DNA from: an uncultured Acidobacteriota bacterium | Lineage (GTDB): Bacteria; Acidobacteriota; Thermoanaerobaculia; Gp7-AA8 | Assembly (NCBI GenBank): GCA_963741955.1 | Contig: CAVUKB010000005.1 | Span: forward strand, 1 to 64,000 | Reading direction: 5' to 3' | DNA length: 64,000 nucleotides | In this document: one piece after another, positions 51,329 to 61,281 of the stretch | Numbering within the stretch: position 1 is the first letter of the stretch | How the letters are laid out: the number at the start of each line of letters is the position of its first letter | Notes under the pieces: model-generated | Told to the model about the DNA's origin: nothing | Databases searched by the model: none | The model's input: the letters and a program-made list of their open reading frames with translations, nothing else | Translations under genes and position numbers: made by a program

Positions 51329-52531
51329 ATGGACATCGGATCGCATTTTCTTCCGGAGAACCGGCGGCGGCTCGTCCTGCGCCGGGGACGCGAACGTCTG
51401 GGGAGCTCCCGCCACCCGTGGATCTTCAGCGGTGCAATCGAGGGCGAAGAAGGTCCCGAAGACGCTGCGATCGCCGACCTGGTCGACCGGCACGGGCGGA
51501 GGCTCGCCTCCGGATTTCACTCCCGCCACTCGCAGATTCGTCTGCGGGTCGTGGCCGGCGAGGATGAAGACCTGACCCCAGATCTGATCCGGGCGCGAAT
51601 CGCCACCGCCGTACGCCGCCGCGACGCGCTCCTCTCCGATTCCACCGACGCGCTACGGCTGGTGCACTCGGAGGGAGACGACCTCAGCGGTCTCGTCGTG
51701 GACCGGTACGGCGACACTCTGGTGGTCGAGATCACTTCGGCGGGGCTCGACGCTCTGCGCGAGCTCGCGGTGGAGGCGCTCGAGCAGAGTTTCCCGCTCG
51801 AGGGGATCGTTTTTCACAACGATCTCGCTGCACGCCGGCTGGAGAAGCTTCCGCTGGAGGAAAGCGTGACCGGCGACCCGTCACGAGAATTGACGGTGAT
51901 GGAGAACGGCCTCCGCTTCGTGGTGCGTCCCGGAGCGGGGCAGAAGACGGGATTCTTTCTCGACCAGCGTGAGAACCGGGCGCTCGCCCGCACGATCAGC
52001 CGCGACCGCCGGGTGCTGAACCTCTTTTCGTACAGCGGAGGATTCGGAGTGAACGCCGCGGCGGGTGGCGCCAGCGTGGTCGAAGAAGTGGACGTCTCGG
52101 CACCGGCCATCGAGGCGGCAGGGGAGAATCACCGCATCAATCCTTCGGGAGCCGACGTGCGGCTGGTGGTTGCAGATGCATTTTCCTGGACCCGTGAGCG
52201 GCTGTCGGGGGGAGAGCGGTACGACCTGGTGGTCAGCGATCCGCCGGCATTCGCGAAAACCAGAGGGGATGTCGACCGGGCCGCACGCGGATACAAGGAC
52301 ATCAACCTTCAGGCGATGAAGCTTCTCGAACCGGGAGGTGAGCTGCTCACGTTCTCCTGCTCCGGTCACATCTCGCTCGATCTATTTCAGAAGATCGTCT
52401 ACTCCGCAGCACTCGACTCGGGACGGAGAGCGTCATTCGTTCGCCGTCTCGGAGCAGGGGCGGATCACCCCGTCTCGCTGTTCGCGCCGGAAGGGGAGTA
52501 TCTGAAGGGGCTGTGGGTGAGGGTGGAGTGA
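51329..52531 (+). CDS. rlmI: 23S rRNA m5C1962 methyltransferase-like
   Basis: HPWIFSG PUA domain, GQKTGFFLDQRENR, LNLFSYSGGF, DPPAF, FSCS. Confidence 0.92.
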   Translation: MDIGSHFLPENRRRLVLRRGRERLGSSRHPWIFSGAIEGEEGPEDAAIADLVDRHGRRLASGFHSRHSQIRLRVVAGEDEDLTPDLIRARIATAVRRRDALLSDSTDALRLVHSEGDDLSGLVVDRYGDTLVVEITSAGLDALRELAVEALEQSFPLEGIVFHNDLAARRLEKLPLEESVTGDPSRELTVMENGLRFVVRPGAGQKTGFFLDQRENRALARTISRDRRVLNLFSYSGGFGVNAAAGGASVVEEVDVSAPAIEAAGENHRINPSGADVRLVVADAFSWTRERLSGGERYDLVVSDPPAFAKTRGDVDRAARGYKDINLQAMKLLEPGGELLTFSCSGHISLDLFQKIVYSAALDSGRRASFVRRLGAGADHPVSLFAPEGEYLKGLWVRVE

Positions 52532-53821
52532 CGCGATTTGCTCATCGACGGACGAGTGGGGTCGTCGGGGCGATCGGAGCGGACGGATGGGCGAAGGCTT
52601 CGAGAGGATTTCAATTGCGCGATTTGCTCATTGACGGACGAGCGGGGTCGTCGGGGCGATCGGCGTGGACGGATGGGCGAGGGCTTCGGGAGGATTTCAA
52701 TTGCGCGATTTGCTCATTGACGGACGAGCGGGGTCGTCGGGGCGATCGGCGTGGACGGATGGGCGAGGGCTTCGGGAGGATTTCAATTGCGCGATTTGCT
52801 CATTGACGGACGAACGGGGTCGTCGGGGCGATCGGCGTGGACGGACGGGCGAAGGCTTCGAGAGGATTTCAATTGCGCGATTTGCTCATTGACGGACGAG
52901 CGGGGTCGTCGGGGCGATCGGCGTGGACGGACGGGCGAAGGCTTCGGGAGGATTTCAATTGCGCGATTTGCTCATCGACGGACGAGTGGGGTCGTCGGGG
53001 CGATCGGCGTGGACGGACGGGCGAGGGCTTCGGGAGGATTTCAATTGCGCGATTTGCTCATTGACGGACGAGTGGAGTCGTCGGGGCGATCGGCGTGGAC
53101 GGATGGGCGAAGGCTTCGAGAGGATTCCAATTGCGCGATTTGCTCATTGACGGACGAGCGGGGTCGTCGGGGCGATCGGCGTGGACGGACGGGCGAAGGC
53201 TTCGGGAGGATTTCAATTGCGCGATTTGCTCATTGACGGACGAGTGGAGTCGTCGGGGCGATCGGCGTGGACGGACGGGCGAGGGCTTCGGGAGGATTTC
53301 AATTGCGCGATTTGCTCATCGACGGACGAGTGGGGTCGTCGGGGCGATCGGCGTGGACGGACGGGCGAGGGCTTCGGGAGGATTTCAATTGCGCGATTTG
53401 CTCATTGACGGACGAGTGGGGTCGTCGGGGCGATCGGCGTGGACGGACGGGCGAGGGCTTCGGGAGGATTTCAATTGCGCGATTTGCTCATCGACGGACG
53501 AGTGGGGTCGTCGGGACGATCGGCGTGGACGGACGGGCGAAGGCTTCGGGAGGATTTCAATTGCGCGATTTGCTCATCGACGGACGAGCGGGGTCGTCGG
53601 GGCGATCGGAGCGGACGGACGGGCGAGGGCTTCGGGAGGATTTCAATTGCGCGATTTGCTCATCGACGGACGAGTGGGGTCGTCGGGGCGATCGGCGTGG
53701 ACGGACGGGCGAGGGCTTCGGGAGGATTTCAATTGCGCGAGTTGCTCATTGACGGACGAGCGGGGTCGTCGGGGCGATCGGAGCGGACGGACGGGCGAGG
53801 GCTTCGGGAGGATTTCAATTG
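52532..53821 (+). repeat. 15 x 86-bp tandem repeat
   Basis: CGCGATTTG recurs every 86 bp from 52532 to 53822; substitutions only. Confidence 0.97.
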
Positions 53822-53870
53822 CGCGATTTGCGCGAATTGCTGATTCGTGGAACGGTCGCGTACAGATCGT

Positions 53871-54225
53871 GCAAATCGCGCAAATCAGATCGTGATGCGT
53901 GCGCGGCTCCGGAAGAATCCGGGATCACGGTCCGGAACGCCGCCCGCCCGTTCACCCGCAAATCGCGCAAATCAGATCGTGATGCGTGCGCGGCTCCGGA
54001 AGGATCCGGGATCACGGTCCGGAACGCCGCCCGTCCGTTCACCCGCAAATCGCGCAAATCAAATCGTGATGCGTGCGCGGCTCCGGAAGACTCCGGGATC
54101 ACGGTCTGGAACGCCGCCCGTCCGTTCGCGTGCAAATCGCGCAAATCAAATCGTGATGCGTGCGCGGCTCCGGAAGAATCCGAGATCACGGTCTGGAACG
54201 CCGCCCGTCCGTTCGCGCGCAAATC
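53871..54225 (+). repeat. 4 x 87-bp tandem repeat
   Basis: GCAAATC at 53871, 53958, 54045, 54132, 54219. Confidence 0.95.
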
Positions 54226-54227
54226 CG

Positions 54228-56024
54228 TCAGATTCCCGTCACCCGCACCACTTCCTCGAACGTGGTGGTGCCTTCCGCGAGCTTGCGCAGGGCGGACTGT
54301 TTGAGGGTGCGCATGCCGCGTTTGATCGCCATTTCCTTGATCTTCAGGAAGTCCTCGCTGCGATCGACCAGATCGCGGATCGAGCTGTCGATGTTCAGGA
54401 TCTCGAAGATGCCGGTCCGGCCGTAATAGCCGGTGTTCCGGCATCGGTGGCAGCCCGCTCCCTCCTTCACGATGATTCGTTTTCCGGGCGGCGCCTGCAG
54501 ATTGAGCATTGACGCCTCCTCGGCAGAGAGCGGCCGGTTGCGCTTGCATTCCTTGCAGATCTTACGGACCAGTCGCTGCGCCATCGCCCCGATCAGGGTG
54601 GAAGAAATGAGGAACGGCTGGATGCCGAGATCGATCAGACGGGTGACCGCACTCGCCGAGTCGTTGGTGTGGAGAGTCGAAAAGACCAGGTGACCGGTGA
54701 GCGCAGCCTGTACCGCGTTCTGTGCGGTCTCCCCGTCGCGGATCTCGCCGACCATGATCACGTCGGGATCCTGCCGGAGGATGGTGCGGAGCGCGGACGC
54801 GAAGGTGATCCCGATCTTGGGATGGACGGAGGTCTGGTTGAAGTCTTCGTACACCATTTCGATCGGGTCTTCGATCGTGGTGATGTTGATCTCCGCGCTC
54901 GCGAGGCTCTTGAGCGCCGAGTAGAGGGTGACCGTCTTTCCCGACCCGGTCGGCCCGGTGACGAGAATGATCCCGTGGGGACGGCTGATCCAGTCGTGGA
55001 ACTGGGAGAGCTCGTCCTCGTAGAAACCGAGTCCGGAGAGATCGCGAAGGAGCACGTCGGGATCGAAGATGCGCATCACCAGCTTCTCTCCGAATGCGGT
55101 CGGAAGGGTGGAGACACGAAGCTCGATCTCCTTCCCCTCCCGCTCGGTGGTGATCCGGCCGTCCTGGGGCCTCCTCTTTTCCGCGATGTCCATCCGGCAC
55201 ATCGTCTTGATTCTGGACGTGATGGCGAGATTGACCAGCTTCGGAGTCCTCTGGATCTCGTGCAGCACGCCGTCGATCCTGAACCGGATCTGTGCGTACT
55301 CGCGTTTCGGCTCGATGTGAATATCCGAGGCGCGGGAATCGTAGGCATGCTGAAGGAGATAATCGACCGCATTGATGATGTGCTGATCGCTGGTCTCGAT
55401 ATCCTGTCCGGATTTGAGCTTGACGTACTGCTCGAGATTGCCGAGATCGAATCCTCCCTTCAGGTCACGCTCGGCTTTGTTCACCGCGGCCCGGAAGCCG
55501 TAGAACTCGTTGATGACCTGCATCACGTCGTTGTCCGCCGAGACGACCAGGTCGAGATCGAGTTGTGCGATGGTCCGGTAGGAGTCGATCGACTGGAAAT
55601 CGAAGGGATTGACCAGCGCCACCATCAGGCGACCGTCCTTGAGCTGGATCGGCAGCATCCGGTGCTTCTTCGCGAAGGGGCGGGAGATTTTCGACTCGAT
55701 GAAATCGATGTCGAGTTTCAGCGGGTCGATCCGGAAGAAGGGGAGTGAGGCCGCTTCCGCGATCAGCCGGGCCATCAGGTATTCGTCGATCGCGGTTCCC
55801 TGGCCCGACGCGTCGCTCAGATTCTGCTGCGCGATGAGCTTGAAAGGGCTGGCTTCCTCGTCGTTGCGGCTCCGGGAGCGGGACGCGTGGCGGTGGGAGC
55901 GGTCCAGCGATTCGAGATCGGCCTTCTGTCTGTCATCGATGAAGCCGGCTTCCGACAGAAGCTCCGCCAGAAACGAGATGGTGATCTCGCGCGATTTGCG
56001 GATTTCCGGCTCGGGCAGCGACAT
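54228..56024 (-). CDS. GspE/PulE/PilB-family ATPase
   Basis: ASDIHIEP, GPTGSGKT, LRQDPDVIMVGEIRD, TGHLVFSTLH, CKEC/CHRC. Confidence 0.95.
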   Translation of the reverse strand: MSLPEPEIRKSREITISFLAELLSEAGFIDDRQKADLESLDRSHRHASRSRSRNDEEASPFKLIAQQNLSDASGQGTAIDEYLMARLIAEAASLPFFRIDPLKLDIDFIESKISRPFAKKHRMLPIQLKDGRLMVALVNPFDFQSIDSYRTIAQLDLDLVVSADNDVMQVINEFYGFRAAVNKAERDLKGGFDLGNLEQYVKLKSGQDIETSDQHIINAVDYLLQHAYDSRASDIHIEPKREYAQIRFRIDGVLHEIQRTPKLVNLAITSRIKTMCRMDIAEKRRPQDGRITTEREGKEIELRVSTLPTAFGEKLVMRIFDPDVLLRDLSGLGFYEDELSQFHDWISRPHGIILVTGPTGSGKTVTLYSALKSLASAEINITTIEDPIEMVYEDFNQTSVHPKIGITFASALRTILRQDPDVIMVGEIRDGETAQNAVQAALTGHLVFSTLHTNDSASAVTRLIDLGIQPFLISSTLIGAMAQRLVRKICKECKRNRPLSAEEASMLNLQAPPGKRIIVKEGAGCHRCRNTGYYGRTGIFEILNIDSSIRDLVDRSEDFLKIKEMAIKRGMRTLKQSALRKLAEGTTTFEEVVRVTGI

Positions 56025-56166
56025 AGGACGAGTTTACTGAATTCCGGTTTCGGAAACAGCAGAAAAGACCGGAGGATTTCGGCTCTTCGATCCCTCCCTG
56101 TTGGAACTTCGAGCCTCCCGCGCTATTCTTCGGTCAAGCGTCCAGCAAAACCGAGGAGATCAGCCG

Positions 56167-58455
56167 ATGGCCGTCCAGACACCTCCATCCGCACTCGAGC
56201 GGGAGCTTGATTACCGCAAGCGCCTGACTCAGATCACGAATCAGCTCAACTCGGCTGATTCGATTTCTCACATCCTGATGACTCTCAAGGACCGGATCCT
56301 CGAGCTGGTGGATGCGGAGCGCCTGACCATCTATGCAGTCGACACCAAGAATCAGGAGCTCTATTCGCTCCAGAAGGTCGGTGACGTTCCGAAGGAGATC
56401 CGGATCCCGAAGTCCTTCGCCTCCATCGCCGGGTTTGCGGCGCTCAGCCGGCGTTCACTGAACATCCGGGACGCGTACGATGCGCAGGAGCTCACCTCGC
56501 TCCACGCGAATCTTCGCTTCGATCAGCGGTGGGACAAGCAGAGCGGCTTTCGCACCCGCGCGGTTCTGGCCGTGCCGATCCTGTTCGAAAAATACCTTCT
56601 CGGCGTGCTCCAGCTGATCAACAAGCAACTCGGCACCGTCTTTACCGCGCAGGACCAGGAAGCTGCGGAGGAGATCGGCCGTATTCTCGGGATCGCGTTC
56701 TACAACCAGCACCGGGCGGCCCGGCAGAGCAAACCGTCGAAGTTCGGTGCACTGGTCGACAAGGGAGTGGTCTCGGAAAAGGATCTCGAGAACGCAGCCA
56801 GCAGCGCCCGGGTGAACAACATCGACGTCACCCAGGTTCTGATGGAGGACCATGGCGTCCAGAAAGACGAGATCCTCCGCTCGCTCGGCTCGTACTACGG
56901 CGCCCAGACTTTCGACTGGGACGGTGAACGGACCATTCCGGAGGACATTCGCGAGCGTGTCGGATCCGACATGTGGAAGAAGTACGTCTGCGCTCCGATC
57001 GAGAGACGGCAAGGAATGATGGTCGTGGCGATCGACGATCCACAGGACCTGATGCGTCTCGACGGGATCCGCGCGATGGGTCTCGCACCTCGCTACGACT
57101 TCCAGGTCGGTCTCCGTCAGGACATTCTCGGTTACATCGCCCGCTCCTACGGCGAGAAAGAGGAGGCGGAACAGGAGAGCGAGGATCTCGCCCGGATCAT
57201 CACCGAGCTGGGAGATGGAGAGCTCGAGAACGAAGAGCCGGAGGTCCCCGAGATCGACGAGACCGACTCCGGGATCGTGAAGCTGGCGAATCAGATCATC
57301 ATCGAAGCGTTCAACAAGGGCGCGTCGGACATTCACGTCGAGCCCGAAGGATCGAAGAATCCCTGTCTGATCCGCCTCCGGATCGATGGCGACTGTCAGA
57401 AGTATCTCGAGATTCCCGGCCCGCACCGCAACGCACTGGTGCAGCGGCTGAAGATCATGGCGAAGCTCGATATCTCCGAGCGGCGCAAACCGCAGGACGG
57501 GAAGATCCGATTCAAGTATTCGAAGGGAACCATCGAGCTGCGCGTTGCGACCATTCCGACCGCAAATGCCAACGAAGACGTGGTGATGCGTATCCTGGCG
57601 GCGTCGAAGCCGTTGCCGCTCGACCGGATGGGGTTCAGCGAACGCAATCTGACCCGCTTCAAAGAGATCATTCAGAAGCCGTACGGGATCTGCCTGGTGG
57701 TCGGTCCCACCGGGTCGGGCAAGACGACCACTCTTCACTCCGCACTCGGCTTCATCAATACCGAAGACATGAAGATCTGGACCGCGGAGGATCCGGTCGA
57801 GATCACCCAGAGGGGACTGCGCCAGGTGCAGGTGCAGCCGAAGATCGATTTCACGTTCGCCGCTGCGATGCGCTCGTTCCTTCGTGCCGATCCCGACGTG
57901 ATCATGGTCGGTGAGATGCGCGACCATGAGACGGCCGCGATCGGAATCGAAGCGTCCCTCACCGGTCACCTCGTCTTCTCCACTCTGCACACCAATTCCG
58001 CGCCGGAGACGATCACCCGGCTCCTGGACATGTCCATCGATCCGTTCAACTTCGCCGACGCGCTCCTGGGGATCATGGCCCAGCGGCTGGTCCGTACCCT
58101 CTGCAAGTGCAAAGAAGCCCGCGCGGTTCCCGCCGAGGAGCTCCAGGAGATCATGGAGGTTTATGGCGTGAAGTGGTTCTCACGCATGGGACTCGATCCG
58201 GCGACGCTCCGCCTCTACGAACCGAAGGGATGCCGCGAGTGCAACAACACCGGTTACAAGGGACGGATGGGAGTGCACGAGCTCCTGGTCGGAACCGATC
58301 AGATCAAGCGGATGATCCAACGGAAGGCGCCGATCGACGAGCTTCGCGAGGCGGCGCTCGAACAGGGGATGACCACCTTGCTGCAGGACGGAATCGAAAA
58401 GGCCTTTCTGGGATACACCGACATCAAGCAGGCCCGCGCTATTGCGGTGAAGTGA
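56167..58455 (+). CDS. GAF-domain GspE/PilB-family ATPase
   Basis: N-terminal GAF (D..SGFRTR.VLAVP..GVLQLINK...F); GPTGSGKTTT; LRADPD..MVGEMRD. Confidence 0.95.
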   Translation: MAVQTPPSALERELDYRKRLTQITNQLNSADSISHILMTLKDRILELVDAERLTIYAVDTKNQELYSLQKVGDVPKEIRIPKSFASIAGFAALSRRSLNIRDAYDAQELTSLHANLRFDQRWDKQSGFRTRAVLAVPILFEKYLLGVLQLINKQLGTVFTAQDQEAAEEIGRILGIAFYNQHRAARQSKPSKFGALVDKGVVSEKDLENAASSARVNNIDVTQVLMEDHGVQKDEILRSLGSYYGAQTFDWDGERTIPEDIRERVGSDMWKKYVCAPIERRQGMMVVAIDDPQDLMRLDGIRAMGLAPRYDFQVGLRQDILGYIARSYGEKEEAEQESEDLARIITELGDGELENEEPEVPEIDETDSGIVKLANQIIIEAFNKGASDIHVEPEGSKNPCLIRLRIDGDCQKYLEIPGPHRNALVQRLKIMAKLDISERRKPQDGKIRFKYSKGTIELRVATIPTANANEDVVMRILAASKPLPLDRMGFSERNLTRFKEIIQKPYGICLVVGPTGSGKTTTLHSALGFINTEDMKIWTAEDPVEITQRGLRQVQVQPKIDFTFAAAMRSFLRADPDVIMVGEMRDHETAAIGIEASLTGHLVFSTLHTNSAPETITRLLDMSIDPFNFADALLGIMAQRLVRTLCKCKEARAVPAEELQEIMEVYGVKWFSRMGLDPATLRLYEPKGCRECNNTGYKGRMGVHELLVGTDQIKRMIQRKAPIDELREAALEQGMTTLLQDGIEKAFLGYTDIKQARAIAVK

Positions 58456-58847
58456 GAAAGGGGCAGGTCTTGAGAAGGACGACGATAGGATTGGCCATTC
58501 TCGGCTCGTTGATCATGGCATGCAGCTCGATTCATCTTCCTCAGAGAGACGCCGACGTCGCCGGCCGGGTGGGGAAGATCAGCGGCGGCGGAGATCAGCC
58601 GCTGGTGCTGATGGTCGGAGAGAACGCCGGAGGCGAGAGCTGGCGGCTGGCGAAAGCGAAGGTCACGGTCACCCCCGACACGGAGGTGCTCGTGCGTGGT
58701 GCGGGAACGATCTGTCGCTCCACCGCGAGCTCGATTCGGGAAGGTGACGCTGCCGAAGTCTGGTTCAAAGGTGCGGTGATGAAATCGTATCCGGTCCAGG
58801 CCGAAGCGGAGACGATCGTGGTTACCCGATCGGACAGCTGTCGCTGA
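58452..58847 (+). CDS. DUF3221/YobA-like lipoprotein
   Basis: IMAC lipobox; VWF.G.VMKSYPVQA.A..I; start could be TTG 58470. Confidence 0.75.
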   Translation: MRKGQVLRRTTIGLAILGSLIMACSSIHLPQRDADVAGRVGKISGGGDQPLVLMVGENAGGESWRLAKAKVTVTPDTEVLVRGAGTICRSTASSIREGDAAEVWFKGAVMKSYPVQAEAETIVVTRSDSCR

Positions 58848-58860
58848 GCTGCCGGCTGGA

Positions 58861-59106
58861 TCACCGCCCGGCCAGGCGCGAGTCGCTTCGCGTTGCCGCG
58901 ACGAGAGTGGCCGGGAGATGCTCCGCCACCTCTTCGAACTGCTCGAGCGCCTGCTCGAGCGCGGAGGGAACTTCGATCGGCTTTTCGCCGCTCTCCCACT
59001 GAAGGACCTTCTCCGCAGTCACTCCGAGCGGCCTCGCGAGCTGACCCCGGCTGATTCCGGCCGCGATCCTTCGATGTTTCAGTTCTTCTCCCGTGATTCT
59101 ATTCAT
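58861..59106 (-). CDS. XRE-family HTH protein
   Basis: LK.RR...GISR.QLA..LGVT...V.QWE.G. Confidence 0.85.
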   Translation of the reverse strand: MNRITGEELKHRRIAAGISRGQLARPLGVTAEKVLQWESGEKPIEVPSALEQALEQFEEVAEHLPATLVAATRSDSRLAGR

Positions 59107-59219
59107 GGGCTCCCTCGGTGTATCTCCGACCGGACGGTCCCGATGAGGTGTCCGGCTCTGCCGCCTCAGAATGCAAGACGAAATCCATCCATGGCCGGAC
59201 GGAACTCCCCGGCCCCCAG

Positions 59220-59378
59220 GAGTCTGCGCGGTAGAAGCTGTCCTACTGCGAAAGCGGATCAGCGGTCCAAATCCGCCCGGATTTTCGGCGAGTAGCCACC
59301 GCTACGCACCTCAAATCCGAACGAATTTGGGCTCCCTGCTTCGCTTTCTCGCTACGGACGTTTCTATCGCGCAGACTC
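59220..59378. mobile_element. 159-bp MITE (family A) sharing TIRs with the IS1182-family element
   Basis: GAGTCTGCGCGGTAGAA...TTCTATCGCGCAGACTC. Confidence 0.88.
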
Positions 59379-59578
59379 CAGGGGGATCCGGAACTCCCCC
59401 TGCTCTCTCGATTGATGCCCTCGCTCTTTTCGTTCGCCGGGGACTGGTTGCATCCGCAGATTCCTGGGAGTCATACCTATGCGCACCGCGCGGAGGAGGT
59501 GGAGGCTATACTGGAAGGGAGGAGGAGCCGCCGTCGCGACGTGAGGTCGGCCGCGGCTCGGGCGGAAGCCTCACAGCC

Positions 59579-60667
59579 ATGACCGGATCGCTCGACATCG
59601 TCATTCTCGGACTCTCCATCACCTCGTCCTGGGGGAACGGCCACGCCACGACCTACCGGGGCCTGGTGCGCGAGCTCAGCGCGCGCGGACATCGAGTCCT
59701 CTTTCTGGAGCGCGACGCCGCCTGGTATGCGGAGAATCGTGATCTGCCGAGCCCTCCGTGGGGGAGAACATCCATCTACGGTTCGCTCGACGAGCTCAAG
59801 GATCGGTTCCACATCGAAGTCGCCTCCGCCGACGCCGTGATCGTCGGCTCTTACGTGCCGGAAGGAATCGAGGTCGGCCGATGGGTCCAGGAGATCGCGA
59901 ACGGCGTCACCGCGTTCTACGACATCGACACGCCGGTGACTCTGGCGAACCTGCAGCGCGGCGAATGCAGCTATCTCACGCGCGAGCTCGTGGAACACTA
60001 CGATCTGTATCTGTCTTTCACCGGCGGTCCGACGCTGGACTACATCGAAAAAGCTCTCGGATCACCCGCAGCGCGACCTCTCTACTGCTCTGTCGATCCA
60101 CGCACTTACTACCCGGAGGAGAGCGAGCTCCGATGGGACCTCGGCTACCTCGGCACCTACAGTGCCGACCGGCAGCCGGTTCTGGAGCGGCTGCTGATCG
60201 AGCCGGCCAGGTCACTGCCCGGACGGCACTTCATCGTGGCCGGACCGCAGTATCCCGAAAACCTCGAATGGCCGCCGAACGTGGAGAGGGAGACGCACAT
60301 CGCGCCGTCGGAGCACCGCGGGTTCTACAACGCGCAGCGATTCACCCTGAATGTCAGCCGCGTGGAGATGATGCGCGCCGGATATTCGCCGAGTGTCCGC
60401 CTCTTCGAGGCCGCCGCGTGCGCAGTACCGATCATCAGCGACTGCTGGCCTGGTCTCGATGAGTTCTTCATCCCGGGGCACGACATCTTCACGGCGGAGT
60501 CGGCGGACGACGTCCGTCGGATCCTCGAGGAGACGACGGAGGAAGAGCGTCTCACGTTCGCACGGCGCGCACGCGAGCGCGTGCTTCGGCTCCACACCGC
60601 CGCACACCGCGCCGAAGAGCTCGAGGGATACGTGCACGAACGGATGCACGAGAGCGCGGAGGCGTAA
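59579..60667 (+). CDS. CgeB-like (GT-B) glycosyltransferase
   Basis: GLSITSSWGNGHATTYRGL, FYDIDTP, SPSVRLFEAAAC. Confidence 0.9.
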   Translation: MTGSLDIVILGLSITSSWGNGHATTYRGLVRELSARGHRVLFLERDAAWYAENRDLPSPPWGRTSIYGSLDELKDRFHIEVASADAVIVGSYVPEGIEVGRWVQEIANGVTAFYDIDTPVTLANLQRGECSYLTRELVEHYDLYLSFTGGPTLDYIEKALGSPAARPLYCSVDPRTYYPEESELRWDLGYLGTYSADRQPVLERLLIEPARSLPGRHFIVAGPQYPENLEWPPNVERETHIAPSEHRGFYNAQRFTLNVSRVEMMRAGYSPSVRLFEAAACAVPIISDCWPGLDEFFIPGHDIFTAESADDVRRILEETTEEERLTFARRARERVLRLHTAAHRAEELEGYVHERMHESAEA

Positions 60668-60937
60668 CCAGGATCGGCGACGCCCGGCTCGATCGAAGTT
60701 CTCGCCCATGGAATGCGGATTCGCAATCCGCCGCGTGGATCACGGCGCGTGCGCGACCGCAGCATCACCCGCATTTCCGGCAGAAGCGAAGCGTCCGGAA
60801 GAGGCGTTTTCGAATGTGCTGAAGCTCGGCGCCCGCGCGGCGAAGTACCCCGACATCCTCGAGCAGCAGCACGCTCGCGGCGTCCCTCCAATCTCTCACG
60901 GTTCACGGCCCCACCGCCGCCGAAACCGTAGACCCAG

Positions 60938-61096
60938 GAGTCTGCGCGGTAGAAACTGTCCTACTGCGAAAGCGGATCAACGGTCCAAATCCGCCCGGAT
61001 TTTCGGCGAGTAGCCACCGCTACGCACCTCAAATCCGAACGAATTTGGCCTCGGTGCTCCGCTTTCTCGCTACGGACGTTTCTATCGCGCAGACTC
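60938..61096. mobile_element. 159-bp MITE (family A), second copy
   Basis: Near-identical to 59220-59378, same orientation. Confidence 0.88.
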
Positions 61097-61100
61097 CTAG

Positions 61101-61277
61101 CCCGCATTTCTCACACCATCTCTGCTGCGGAGCCGGATAGCGGCCTGTCTGCTACGTTGCGCACAGCTTCGGCTCCTCGACATAGTCACCACTATGCCTT
61201 CGTCGCCGAAGCTGCGCGCGCCTTGCATCCAAGTCACTCTCCGCCTCCTCGCGACGAGACGGTGTGAGAAATGCGGG
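61101..61277. mobile_element. 177-bp MITE (family B) flanked by CTAG
   Basis: TIR CCCGCATTTCTCACACC / GGTGTGAGAAATGCGGG; CTAG on both sides. Confidence 0.82.
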
Positions 61278-61281
61278 CTAG

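Noticed and set aside
52532-54225. CRISPR array
   Set aside because: Whole units repeat; there are no unique spacers and no cas genes.
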